This document shows positions 17,406 to 29,298 of a stretch of DNA of 46,915 bases, piece by piece. The notes below the pieces were generated by a model that saw only the letters and a program-made list of their open reading frames with translations, was not told where the DNA came from and did not search any database. Made by a program: the position numbers and the translations under genes. Positions within the stretch are counted from its first letter, which is position 1, and each line of letters begins with the position of its first letter. Source of the DNA: an uncultured Clostridia bacterium (GTDB taxonomy: Bacteria; Bacillota; Clostridia; Christensenellales; UBA3700); the NCBI GenBank assembly GCA_947176265.1, contig CAMWQA010000004.1:1-46915 (forward strand), in the 5' to 3' direction.

Positions 17406-17990
17406 TTACAACAACTCAGATTTTAATTTTAACACCATAGTCATGTATTCTTTAAGCGTTTCTTCATTACTTTCATGAGAGAGTAAGTCAACACACCTTT
17501 CTATGACGGAATATATGTATTCGTAATATGTGTTTTTAAGCTCAGAGTTGTTTATTCTTTCAACGATTTCAGGAGCAATTTTGTAATATTCGTCGATAAG
17601 TTTTTGCCCGTTTTTCACAGACTTCATATAAGTATCTCTAAATAAACGCAATGCAGTAAGTTCTTTACAGTCGTCGGGTTTGCCCTTATATTCAACGCAG
17701 GCAGAAGTTAAAAAGCAACCGGGGCTAAAGTCGCCGCACGCAGGTTTATCCTTAGAATGCTTTCCGCCGCCAACCAACCCGAAAAACGCTGCCTTGTAAG
17801 TGCATCTTCCGCTGTCTCTGAAATGTGAACACTGACCGCAAGTATATTCTGTGCTTGCAAAAGATCCGCAAGGCGAACTACTTCCATAAGCGATCTCATC
17901 GGATACTGAGCATTTACTATATCTCAGGAACAATCCTTTATGTGCGTCTTCTATAAAATGAGCGCAGTCTCTGCATTTAAAATAAGACAT
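17406..17990 (-). CDS. Cys-rich repeat protein with CFI-box-CTERM-like C-terminal domain
   Basis: Two CxxCxxF..C..CxxF units, then CFLTSACVEYKGKPDDCKELTALRLFRD...YYKIAP. Confidence 0.8.
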   Translation of the reverse strand: MSYFKCRDCAHFIEDAHKGLFLRYSKCSVSDEIAYGSSSPCGSFASTEYTCGQCSHFRDSGRCTYKAAFFGLVGGGKHSKDKPACGDFSPGCFLTSACVEYKGKPDDCKELTALRLFRDTYMKSVKNGQKLIDEYYKIAPEIVERINNSELKNTYYEYIYSVIERCVDLLSHESNEETLKEYMTMVLKLKSELL

Positions 17991-18013
17991 ATTATCACCT
18001 TCCTCTTATATTA

Positions 18014-18253
18014 TTATTGATTAAATTTATTACACGCGCCGTCGTTTTTGTTTACCTTGCCGCCACGTCTTGAACAGTTTCCGCTTTCCGCATTGAAATT
18101 TGAGCATTCTTCACAAGTGTTAACATTGCTTACATAATGATTGCAAGAGTTCATATTACTTAAATAATTAGTATTCTTAAGGTTGCACCAGTAGTTTGTA
18201 AAAAATATTCCCTTTAAAATTTCACCATATTTACAGGTTTTGCATATAGCCAT
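18014..18253 (-). CDS. Small Cys-rich protein (two four-Cys repeats)
   Basis: ATG 18253 after GAGAGGTG; CKTCKY..C..CNHY and CEECSNF..C..CNKF. Confidence 0.75.
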   Translation of the reverse strand: MAICKTCKYGEILKGIFFTNYWCNLKNTNYLSNMNSCNHYVSNVNTCEECSNFNAESGNCSRRGGKVNKNDGACNKFNQ

Positions 18254-18264
18254 TTTTGCACCTC

Positions 18265-18768
18265 TCAAATATTTAAAAGTTTTGCTTTCAACTTGTGCAC
18301 CATTGATTTATATTCGCTGAGAGCCCCCTCGTTATTTCCATTTTTAATCAAAGTCAAACATATTTGAATTACGCCGTAAATATATGCGTAATGCGCTTCT
18401 TTATTTTGACTTTCATTAATTTTTTTAACTATTTTCGGCGCAATTTCATAATATTCTTTAATGAGTTGTTCAGCATTGGAAATTCCCGACATATAGTTAT
18501 CCCTAAATGAGCGGAGCATAGTCAATTCTTCGCAATCGTCGGGTTTGCCTAAATATTCAACGCATGCGGACGTCAAAAAGCAATCGCTCGTCTTTCCGTT
18601 ATTGGCAAGATCATCGTCATAATCGCTGTTAGGGACAAAATAGTTGCAAGCAAGCCAGTTCTCTGATGCGAGATCGTTTCTTTCGCCCATACGATGTTTG
18701 AAGTCGCAATAACTGCTAAACCAAGGCTTTTTTACAAAGTATCTGCAATTTCCACACTTTAACGCCAT
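18265..18768 (-). CDS. Cys-rich protein with CFI-box-CTERM-like domain (paralog of 17406-17990)
   Basis: CGNCRYF..C..CNYF, then CFLTSACVEYLGKPDDCEELTMLRSFRD; AAGGAG RBS. Confidence 0.8.
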   Translation of the reverse strand: MALKCGNCRYFVKKPWFSSYCDFKHRMGERNDLASENWLACNYFVPNSDYDDDLANNGKTSDCFLTSACVEYLGKPDDCEELTMLRSFRDNYMSGISNAEQLIKEYYEIAPKIVKKINESQNKEAHYAYIYGVIQICLTLIKNGNNEGALSEYKSMVHKLKAKLLNI

Positions 18769-18832
18769 AATCGCTCCTTTCTATCAATAGTTAAAATATT
18801 GATAGATAATGTTTAAAAATAGATTTTTCTTT

Positions 18833-18884
18833 ATTATATGGCGGATTTTCCGCTATGTCAAGTATTTTGGCGGATTTTCCGCTA
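18833..18884 (-). promoter_or_regulatory. Promoter with two identical 17-bp operators
   Basis: TGGCGGATTTTCCGCTA at 18839-18855 and 18868-18884; minus-strand TTGACA (18861-18856) and TATAAT (18838-18833). Confidence 0.85.
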
Positions 18885-18895
18885 ATATTATTAAT

Positions 18896-19099
18896 ATGAG
18901 CGAATACAATGTGGGAATTACAATTCGTACTTTGCGAAAGAATAAAAAAATGACACAAGCCGAATTAGGGAAGGTGTTAGGGTATTCTGCAAGAACGGTT
19001 TCCGATTGGGAAAATGGTTGTACAGAACCCAACATAGTTGCCATTAAAACGCTAGTAAGATTTTTTGAAATTTCTTATGATGAATTTTTTGAGGGATAA
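18896..19099 (+). CDS. XRE family HTH regulator (probably leaderless)
   Basis: MTQAELGKVLGYSARTVSDWENG; no RBS before ATG 18896. Confidence 0.88.
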   Translation: MSEYNVGITIRTLRKNKKMTQAELGKVLGYSARTVSDWENGCTEPNIVAIKTLVRFFEISYDEFFEG

Positions 19100-19123
19100 A
19101 AGTAAATAACAATATTAATATAA

Positions 19124-19158
19124 TAAAAGCCCTTGTACGAATTGCACAAGGGCTCTTA
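19124..19158. terminator. Bidirectional terminator
   Basis: AGCCCTTGT..ACAAGGGCT between convergent genes. Confidence 0.7.
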
Positions 19159-19170
19159 TTTGATTTAAGA

Positions 19171-19554
19171 TTATTTCTTATCTTCTTTATTGGATTCTTC
19201 TTGTTTAGGCTCTTCGGATTTCGCCGGCTCAGCAGGAGTAGGGGATGGCGCGGATATGCCCACGACGTCGTCGACTGGGAGAGAAAAGGCGATACCTTTA
19301 CCTTCGCTGTTGAGTCCTGCGTTGCGATAGATTGCATGTAACACATTGTCTTTGATATCTGAAGGAACTAGTATCAAGACGATATCTTTATCGGGTTGTA
19401 TTGCGATATGGAAGAATTGTTCAGCGTCTTTATTGGCTGTACCGCGGGCGTGAATAACCGTACCGCCGCGCGCGCCTTCTTCTCTTGCCGCGTCCATGAC
19501 AAGTTCTGAGAAACCTGCATTTACTATACACATAACCATTTCGTAATTATTCAT
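19171..19554 (-). CDS. P-II-like regulatory protein
   Basis: GARGGTVIHARGT, KDIVLILV, GKGIAFSLPVDDVVG. Confidence 0.88.
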   Translation of the reverse strand: MNNYEMVMCIVNAGFSELVMDAAREEGARGGTVIHARGTANKDAEQFFHIAIQPDKDIVLILVPSDIKDNVLHAIYRNAGLNSEGKGIAFSLPVDDVVGISAPSPTPAEPAKSEEPKQEESNKEDKK

Positions 19555-20039
19555 TATTTACTCTCCTTTACCGTCATCTTGTTGTTGCTCAAAAAGCCGT
19601 AAATCAACGTGCCTATTACGCTTGTCAAAGGCACTGTGAAAGCAATTCCTTTGCCGTCCCTTATCGTTTGAAATTTCGATTCCAACGTGTTCAAAGTGTC
19701 GGGGATTTTGCTCTCCTGAATTACGCTGAGAATTACCGCCTTTTCGTTATCTAAAAAACCGAGAAGACCCAACATTTTTGCGTTTGCAGTACCTTCCGCC
19801 ATCACGACCATTTGCATATTAACGTCAAAAGACTGAATTAGGTCGGTAAAATACTCGGCTTTTTTTCTTGCAACTATAGTTATAAGAAGTTTAAGCTTGT
19901 TGGATTTAACTCTATTTGGCGATGCAGTCTTTGCCTTTTCTTTTGGGGCAGAGTGTTGCTTTTGCTCTTTTTTAGCAGTAGCGGTATGTTCTTTCTTAGC
20001 AGAAGTTGTATGTTCTTTTGCATGATTCTTATCTGACAT
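19554..20039 (-). CDS. Divergent P-II-like protein with Lys/His-rich N-terminal extension
   Basis: LLITIV..AEGTA..EKAVILSV..GKGIAFTVPL. Confidence 0.78.
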   Translation of the reverse strand: MSDKNHAKEHTTSAKKEHTATAKKEQKQHSAPKEKAKTASPNRVKSNKLKLLITIVARKKAEYFTDLIQSFDVNMQMVVMAEGTANAKMLGLLGFLDNEKAVILSVIQESKIPDTLNTLESKFQTIRDGKGIAFTVPLTSVIGTLIYGFLSNNKMTVKESK

Positions 20040-20052
20040 AGCCTACCTCCAA

Positions 20053-21591
20053 TTAAAAGTAAATGATTTGCTCGTCGTCGGCGGACAGTATTCTCTTCAT
20101 AGCTATCTTATCGCGAACCTTTGCCGACATTACGGCTTTGAAGCCGAGAGCTTGAATTGTGATAAGAGGGGTCATTGCAACCATTGCAACTACGCCGAAT
20201 GCGTCGGTTAAAATTGCATTCGAGCCTCCGTTGACGGATACGCACGCGCCTACGACCAAAGGCAAGATAAAACTTGAAGTCAAAGGACCGCTGGCAACGC
20301 CGCCTGAGTCAAACGCGATTGCAGTATATACTTTCGGGACGAAGAATGACAGTCCCAAAGATATGAGATAACCTGGTATCAAATAATACAAAAGCGAGAA
20401 GTGGAATATCATTCTGATTATAGAAAGACAAAGCGATACGCCTACTGCGGCGGATAGCGCAAGCATCATTTCTATCTTTTTGACGCCGCCGCCGGTAACT
20501 TGTTCAACTTGTTTATTCAAGACGTGTACCGCAGGCTCTGCCAATACTACCACAAAACCTAATACTAAACCGAATATAGCAAGACCGGGCTTGGAGAAGT
20601 TTGCGATTTCTTGACCAAGCTTGAAACCTATTGGCATGAAGCCCACTTCAACCGCAACGAGGAATATTACCAATCCTACGAAAGTGTAAGCAATACCTAC
20701 GCCTATTTGCGCCAGCTTTTGGCGGGGCAACTTCAATACTGCAAATTGCAATATAAAGAAGAAGACTACGATAAGCGCCAAAGCGATGGCTACGTTTTTA
20801 ACTGTGTTCAAAATTGCATGTCCGATATGCGCAAGGCTTTCTTGAACGGTAGCGTAAGAAGCAAGCGCGTCCATGGTCTCTTGCGACATCTCGCCCTTTG
20901 AGAAAAGCGCAAGCGCCATAACTGCAATGATAGGACCGATGGAGCACAATGCGATAAGTCCAAAGCTGTTTTCATTTGCGTCTCTACCGCCGACGGTAGT
21001 CGCAATACCAAATCCAAGAGCCATTATGAAAGGCACTGTTATAGGACCTGTGGTTACGCCGCCCGAATCGAAAGAAAGGGCAAGGAAGTTGTTCTTGCTG
21101 CATTCCAAAAGAAGCGCGCATACTGCAAACAACATCATATAGAAGAATAGCAAAAACATTGATAAATCTTTGTGAAATACTATTTTGAGTACGGCAATAA
21201 TCAAGAATATACCTACTCCAACGCCTACCGTGACGATAAGTACCATATTGTTCATTACGTCGCTTACTTGTCCGGCAAGGACGGAAAGGTCAGGCTCTGC
21301 AACCGTAATGAGAAGACCCATTATAAAGCATACGGAAATGAGGACCATTACCTTTTTAGACTTGGTAAGTCCCGTGCCGACGTGTCCGCCCATAGGCGTC
21401 ATTGCAAGGTCTGCGCCCAAATTGAAAAGACCGATACCTATGATAAGCATAACTGCGCATACAGCGAAAGTAATCCTCTCGGCTGCAGTCAAAGGCGCAA
21501 GCGGGGTAAATGAAATTATAAGTACGATTATTGCAATCGGCAAAACCGAAATGAGCGATTCTTTAAGTTTCAATAAAAGCGCTTTTAACAT
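20053..21591 (-). CDS. DUF1538 membrane protein (duplicated domain)
   Basis: Two halves each with AEP, FDSGGV(T/A)(T/S)GP and FG motifs. Confidence 0.9.
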   Translation of the reverse strand: MLKALLLKLKESLISVLPIAIIVLIISFTPLAPLTAAERITFAVCAVMLIIGIGLFNLGADLAMTPMGGHVGTGLTKSKKVMVLISVCFIMGLLITVAEPDLSVLAGQVSDVMNNMVLIVTVGVGVGIFLIIAVLKIVFHKDLSMFLLFFYMMLFAVCALLLECSKNNFLALSFDSGGVTTGPITVPFIMALGFGIATTVGGRDANENSFGLIALCSIGPIIAVMALALFSKGEMSQETMDALASYATVQESLAHIGHAILNTVKNVAIALALIVVFFFILQFAVLKLPRQKLAQIGVGIAYTFVGLVIFLVAVEVGFMPIGFKLGQEIANFSKPGLAIFGLVLGFVVVLAEPAVHVLNKQVEQVTGGGVKKIEMMLALSAAVGVSLCLSIIRMIFHFSLLYYLIPGYLISLGLSFFVPKVYTAIAFDSGGVASGPLTSSFILPLVVGACVSVNGGSNAILTDAFGVVAMVAMTPLITIQALGFKAVMSAKVRDKIAMKRILSADDEQIIYF

Positions 21592-21746
21592 TTTTACTCC
21601 AATTTTCTCTGTACTGTAAGTTTAAATATACACTATTTAATATATTCTATGATATTATACCATAAATTTAAGCCTTAGGCAATCATATAATTTTGTTTTT
21701 ACATATAAATTTAATTATATTTAATATAAGTTTTGTATGTAATATT

Positions 21747-22163
21747 TCAATCAAACTTGATTTTTTCAACTTTAAAATCGCAGTAATATTCGGCTTGTTC
21801 GCAAGTGAATTTGAGTACGCAATAATCCGGATCTGTCACGCCTTTTTTGTAAAAGAGAGTGTCTCCGAATTTCCATATCATATCTTTAGTGGGTTGGTCT
21901 TGGCATACTTGCATAGTACCCGTTATCGTTGCGCCTTGATATTTGAATCTTCCGCGCTTGTAAAAATAAATGCAAGCCTTTGGATTGTCCAGATACTGTT
22001 TAACTTTATTGGACGACGTATTGGTAGAGAAGTATACGTCTTTGCCGTCGATTTTTCGCGGAGCAAGCATAGCCCTCATTACAGGGTAACCTTCGTCGTT
22101 TACAGACGCTATAATAGCTGTCTTTTGCTCAGATATAAATTCTAATAGTTCTTGCGCTGTCAT
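21747..22163 (-). CDS. Pyridoxamine 5'-phosphate oxidase-like FMN-binding protein
   Basis: ASVNDEGYP..R.M, YFSTNTSSNKV, GVTDPDYCVLKF. Confidence 0.88.
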   Translation of the reverse strand: MTAQELLEFISEQKTAIIASVNDEGYPVMRAMLAPRKIDGKDVYFSTNTSSNKVKQYLDNPKACIYFYKRGRFKYQGATITGTMQVCQDQPTKDMIWKFGDTLFYKKGVTDPDYCVLKFTCEQAEYYCDFKVEKIKFD

Positions 22164-22175
22164 TTGCGATTTTCC

Positions 22176-22487
22176 TTATTTGACTTCCTGTATTATGAAT
22201 GGATTGCCTTGCAAAGGAGAGTATTTTGGCGAAGCGATGAGATTTGCGTCGTTTTCTCCTGCCGGTATAGCGTAAGAGACCTCCATGGTGCTTGAGACTA
22301 CCAATACTTTCGTCTCTTCATTCCATATTTCCACTTCTACGCTTTTTCCGTTCTTAAAATCAAAATGTTTGAAATAATCTTCGCCGTGTTTACATACAGC
22401 GTCATCTTTTGAGCATTGCACATACAAATGAATTTTTGATCCGCATTCGATAATGCTCCATTTTCTTTTAATTGTCAATTTTCTCAT
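22176..22487 (-). CDS. Hypothetical protein
   Basis: ATG 22487 after GAGG; co-oriented with and 12 bp from the downstream gene. Confidence 0.7.
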   Translation of the reverse strand: MRKLTIKRKWSIIECGSKIHLYVQCSKDDAVCKHGEDYFKHFDFKNGKSVEVEIWNEETKVLVVSSTMEVSYAIPAGENDANLIASPKYSPLQGNPFIIQEVK

Positions 22488-22609
22488 TTTTCTACCTCGC
22501 AAATTTTTGTATTTATATCATATCATAATTTAGCAATTGATTTCAACTTTTTAAAGATTATTAATGGACTTTTGTATTGAAATTATAGATTTTTTATGTT
22601 ATAATATAA

Positions 22610-25687
<3,078 letters not shown>

Positions 25688-25702
25688 TAGTAATTGAGTA
25701 AT

Positions 25703-25730
25703 AAAAACGCCGATTAAATCGGCGTTTTTT
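25703..25730. terminator. Bidirectional terminator
   Basis: AAAAACGCCGAT-TAA-ATCGGCGTTTTT. Confidence 0.85.
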
Positions 25731-25738
25731 AATTTGTT

Positions 25739-26251
25739 TTATACCATTTTGGTTAAAATGAAATCCATTACTTTTTGAGATGCATTCTCATAAATGAAAT
25801 TCGAATCGACTGCGTTCTCCGGATATGCGTCAAGGTTAAAAGTTGAGTCGGGTTCGTTGACTTCGCCTATCCATACGTCGACCCAATCGACGACATTTGT
25901 TTCGCCGTCTACGACAAGATTAACCATTACCGGATCTTCCAAGCAATCAAATATCTTTAAGCTTATGCTTACGCATTTTAGCGCGTCGTTCCAATCTTTG
26001 CAAATCGCGTTGGCGCAGGGCTCGACTTTTTCGCACCCAAGAGTCTTTTTCAAAGCGTCTCGCAACTTGTCGACGGCAATGCCGTCAAGCGCGTCTTGCG
26101 CAAAATAATCTTTTGCGTTGAATCTTTCGCCGTTTGATTGTTTGTTTTGCAAATACTCTGCAATAAAATCATCGGCAGTTTTTATTGGTTCTTCTTTTTC
26201 TTGTTTTTTAAATAGATTGGGAAATAATTGCATAATCCACTTGTTTTTCAT
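25739..26251 (-). CDS. Hypothetical acidic protein
   Basis: 170-aa ORF with GAGG RBS, ends at terminator. Confidence 0.7.
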   Translation of the reverse strand: MKNKWIMQLFPNLFKKQEKEEPIKTADDFIAEYLQNKQSNGERFNAKDYFAQDALDGIAVDKLRDALKKTLGCEKVEPCANAICKDWNDALKCVSISLKIFDCLEDPVMVNLVVDGETNVVDWVDVWIGEVNEPDSTFNLDAYPENAVDSNFIYENASQKVMDFILTKMV

Positions 26252-26353
26252 ATTGCGCCTCTTAATATATGTTATTATGCGATATGACGGATTATGTCAT
26301 AATTTGCAAATTCTTTTGTTTTCTTTTGGGGATTGGCGTGATATAATATATCT

Positions 26354-27190
26354 ATGGATTCACAAAAGTTGAACGGCGAAATATTATATAAGATAAGCAG
26401 GTATCTGAATTTCGCAGAGAGGTCTATCGACGCTAAGCAAGTGGAGCAAGTCGCCTCGTGCGGAGTAAGCCGACAAAAGGCGGTAGAGCTTTTGCTGGGC
26501 GGTTATCTCGATTTGGACGAGGTCGCGCAAAGAGAGTATTTACCGTATATGCTCAAAAAACTTGATAGAGTGACGTATCAAAAAGACGAATATTACGCCA
26601 ACGTATTTTTTGACAATGCGACAAAAGGCAATTGGCAGCTCAAGAGAGCAAGTTATGCGCCTTACGAGATATTCGTGCAAGACGATTTTAAATACGACTT
26701 TCAAAAGGTATTGCCTCAACTTGGGTATTTTGATGAGGCTTTCGAATATCCCGCTGTATATCAAGACGGGCGGCTGTGGATGAGCGTAACTCCCAACGAG
26801 ATTAACACAATGAGAGAGCCAATTTGCAAGGCAAAAGGAAAGACGTTGACTTTTGGATTGGGACTTGGGTATTTTGCATACATGTGTTCAATCAAGAAAG
26901 AAGTGGAAAGCGTGACCGTGGTTGAGAAAGATAAATGCGTAATTGAGCTTTTTGAAGATATAATTTTGCCGCAGTTTGCATTCAAAGATAAGATACGCAT
27001 AATCAACGACGACGCGTATGCGTATCTTGAAAAGATGCAAGACAAAGAGTATGATTACGCATTCGTCGATATTTATCACGACGCAGGCGACGGATTGGAA
27101 GTATACAAAAAATTCAAGCAAAGACTTGGCAAGTTTTGCCATACTCAATTTGATTTTTGGATAGAAAAGACCATCAAATATTATTTATAA
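26354..27190 (+). CDS. Class I SAM-dependent methyltransferase / spermidine-synthase-like protein
   Basis: LWMSVTPNE, LTFGLGLGY, VTVVEKD, YDYAFVDIYHD. Confidence 0.75.
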   Translation: MDSQKLNGEILYKISRYLNFAERSIDAKQVEQVASCGVSRQKAVELLLGGYLDLDEVAQREYLPYMLKKLDRVTYQKDEYYANVFFDNATKGNWQLKRASYAPYEIFVQDDFKYDFQKVLPQLGYFDEAFEYPAVYQDGRLWMSVTPNEINTMREPICKAKGKTLTFGLGLGYFAYMCSIKKEVESVTVVEKDKCVIELFEDIILPQFAFKDKIRIINDDAYAYLEKMQDKEYDYAFVDIYHDAGDGLEVYKKFKQRLGKFCHTQFDFWIEKTIKYYL

Positions 27191-27191
27191 T

Positions 27192-28433
27192 TTAGATTTC
27201 TTGTTTATTTGACGGAGAAGACGCGCAAAGCGGAAGTTCGACAATAAATTTTGTGTATTCTCCCACTTGACTTTCGCAAGTGATTTTGCCCTTGAGAGAA
27301 TCGACTATTGATTTTGCGATGCTCAGTCCCAGTCCAAAAGAATTGCCGGTGTCTTTATGCGAAGAATCCACCTTATAAAATCTATCGAATATATGGTCTA
27401 GCTTTTCTTGCGGAATGCCATCGCCGGTGTTTGTCATACTGATTATTGCGTGTCGTCTCGTCTTTTGCAACGTCAAAGTAATTTTACCGTTTTGCAAGGT
27501 ATACTTAATTGCATTGTCGAGCAGTATTCCAACGATTTTTTCAATTTCCGCCTTATTCGCCGCCACTTTGATATTGTCGTCGGCGGAATAATCGAGCTTA
27601 ATTGATTTCTCGTAACATATCGCCTCAAAAGACAACGTCATACCCTCGACTATATCGTTGATTTCAAGTTCTTCGCGCTCGGAGTTTATATTCTTTGACT
27701 CATACTTCGTCAGCTCCAGCATATCCAATATCAAAGATTGCATTCTGTCAAGCTGATAGCCTGCGGAGTCGAGCCACTTTCCATTGTCTGCGACTGTGGA
27801 ATTCTTGTCGCTTTGAATCAACTCCAGATTGGTTTTGACGACCGTCAGCGGAGTTTTAAGCTCGTGCGAAGCATTGGCGATAAGTTCTTGTTGGCGCAAG
27901 AAAGACTGCCTGACAGGCTCTATCGCGTGTTTTGCAAAGAAGTAGAAGAATAAGAAAATGGCAAGCATTCCCACTATGCAAATACAGGCAAGCGTGATGC
28001 TCATAATCTGAATATACTTGTACGAACTGGTGTAATCTATAACCGTATATTTAATTGCAGGTCGACCGCTTTCTTGGACGGAAGTAGCAATAAATTTATA
28101 TCGTCTTCCGCTTGCTGTTTTAAACTCGTCGTCTTGATTGCCTTTTGCCGTCACCGCTTTAACAACTGCTTGTATTTCGTCTTGAGAGAAATAGTCGGGG
28201 GAGTAATAAGTCGTGGGCTCGTGATTATCTATTTTGACGACGTATACGTAGTTGTTGCTTTGGAAGTAAGGACCTGCCGCGGCTCGCAATAAGTCGTTTT
28301 CTACTTCAGTCAACGTCTGAACTCTCGATACTAATAGCACGAGTAGACACGCAAGTATAACGAGCGCCCAGCCTATTGCCAACGGGACGTAAAAAAATTT
28401 TCGTTGAAGTTTTTTGAATACCTTCTCGTTCAT
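27192..28433 (-). CDS. Membrane sensor histidine kinase
   Basis: Two TM helices; H box ASHELKTPL, N box LLDNAIKY, G boxes TGDGI and FGLGLSIA. Confidence 0.95.
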   Translation of the reverse strand: MNEKVFKKLQRKFFYVPLAIGWALVILACLLVLLVSRVQTLTEVENDLLRAAAGPYFQSNNYVYVVKIDNHEPTTYYSPDYFSQDEIQAVVKAVTAKGNQDDEFKTASGRRYKFIATSVQESGRPAIKYTVIDYTSSYKYIQIMSITLACICIVGMLAIFLFFYFFAKHAIEPVRQSFLRQQELIANASHELKTPLTVVKTNLELIQSDKNSTVADNGKWLDSAGYQLDRMQSLILDMLELTKYESKNINSEREELEINDIVEGMTLSFEAICYEKSIKLDYSADDNIKVAANKAEIEKIVGILLDNAIKYTLQNGKITLTLQKTRRHAIISMTNTGDGIPQEKLDHIFDRFYKVDSSHKDTGNSFGLGLSIAKSIVDSLKGKITCESQVGEYTKFIVELPLCASSPSNKQEI

Positions 28434-29116
28434 TAATTCTTTGCAGCGAGTTGATAGCCGACTCCTCTAATAGAATTGATAGTAAAATCGGCGTCGACGA
28501 AATTCAACTTTTTTCTTAAAAATGATATAAAGACTTCCAAAGAGTTGGATTCAAAGTCGTTGTCAAATCCCCAAACTTTGTTGATGAGCGGTTCTTTTTC
28601 TGCCACGTGACGCGGTCTTTCAAAGAAATAACGCATAATATCAAATTCTTTTTGAGAAAGTTTTACGCTCTTGTTTTGACTCTTGTTGATAAGTTGAAGG
28701 GTGGAGAGATTGAGAGATACGTTGCCAAAAGAGATGAGATTGTCGGGCGTAGCGTCCGTCTTTCTTCTCAAAAGCGCTCTTATGCGGGCAAGCAATTCTG
28801 CGGTGGAGAATGGCTTAGGCAAATAGTCGTCTGCGCCCAAGTCAAGCCCTTTGACTTTGTTGTATTCTTGCGACAGCGCAGTCAGCATAATGACCGGCGT
28901 GGTAATTCTTTTGCCTCTTATCTCGCTCAATACCTCAAAGCCGTTCTTCTTTGGCATCATCACGTCGAGTATAATCAAATCGAAAATATCAGATACTGCG
29001 AGTTGCAATCCCGCTTCGCCGTCGTTAGCGACCTGCACTTCATATTTTTCTTTTTGCAAAACGGTACTCAACGCTTCGCAAAGGCTCATAGAATCTTCTA
29101 CCAACAATATTCGCAT
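28433..29116 (-). CDS. OmpR/PhoB family response regulator
   Basis: LLVED, ILDVMMP, GADDYLPKPF, SIRGVGY. Confidence 0.96.
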   Translation of the reverse strand: MRILLVEDSMSLCEALSTVLQKEKYEVQVANDGEAGLQLAVSDIFDLIILDVMMPKKNGFEVLSEIRGKRITTPVIMLTALSQEYNKVKGLDLGADDYLPKPFSTAELLARIRALLRRKTDATPDNLISFGNVSLNLSTLQLINKSQNKSVKLSQKEFDIMRYFFERPRHVAEKEPLINKVWGFDNDFESNSLEVFISFLRKKLNFVDADFTINSIRGVGYQLAAKN

Positions 29117-29298
29117 AAATTCCTCCTACTCAAGCATAACAGCTTAAGTAATTTTATTATATAAGAATACATGAGGTTTTTCAATAGTTTTAATCAAATC
29201 TATACAAAAAATCGCAAGTCATAAAAAATGCGCCCCATATCGTTGAGTCCAACTTTTTGGGGCGTATATAGTTAGGTTAATTATTGAGGATTGACTTA

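Noticed and set aside
18295-18304. GTGCACCATT, resembling the att core, as a possible distal island boundary
   Set aside because: Lies inside an intact CDS, lacks the 17-bp arm, and a match this short is expected by chance.
17406-18768. Diversity-generating retroelement TR/VR pair suggested by the duplicated CFI-box DNA
   Set aside because: Both copies are coding paralogs, differences are not confined to adenines, and there is no reverse transcriptase in the window.
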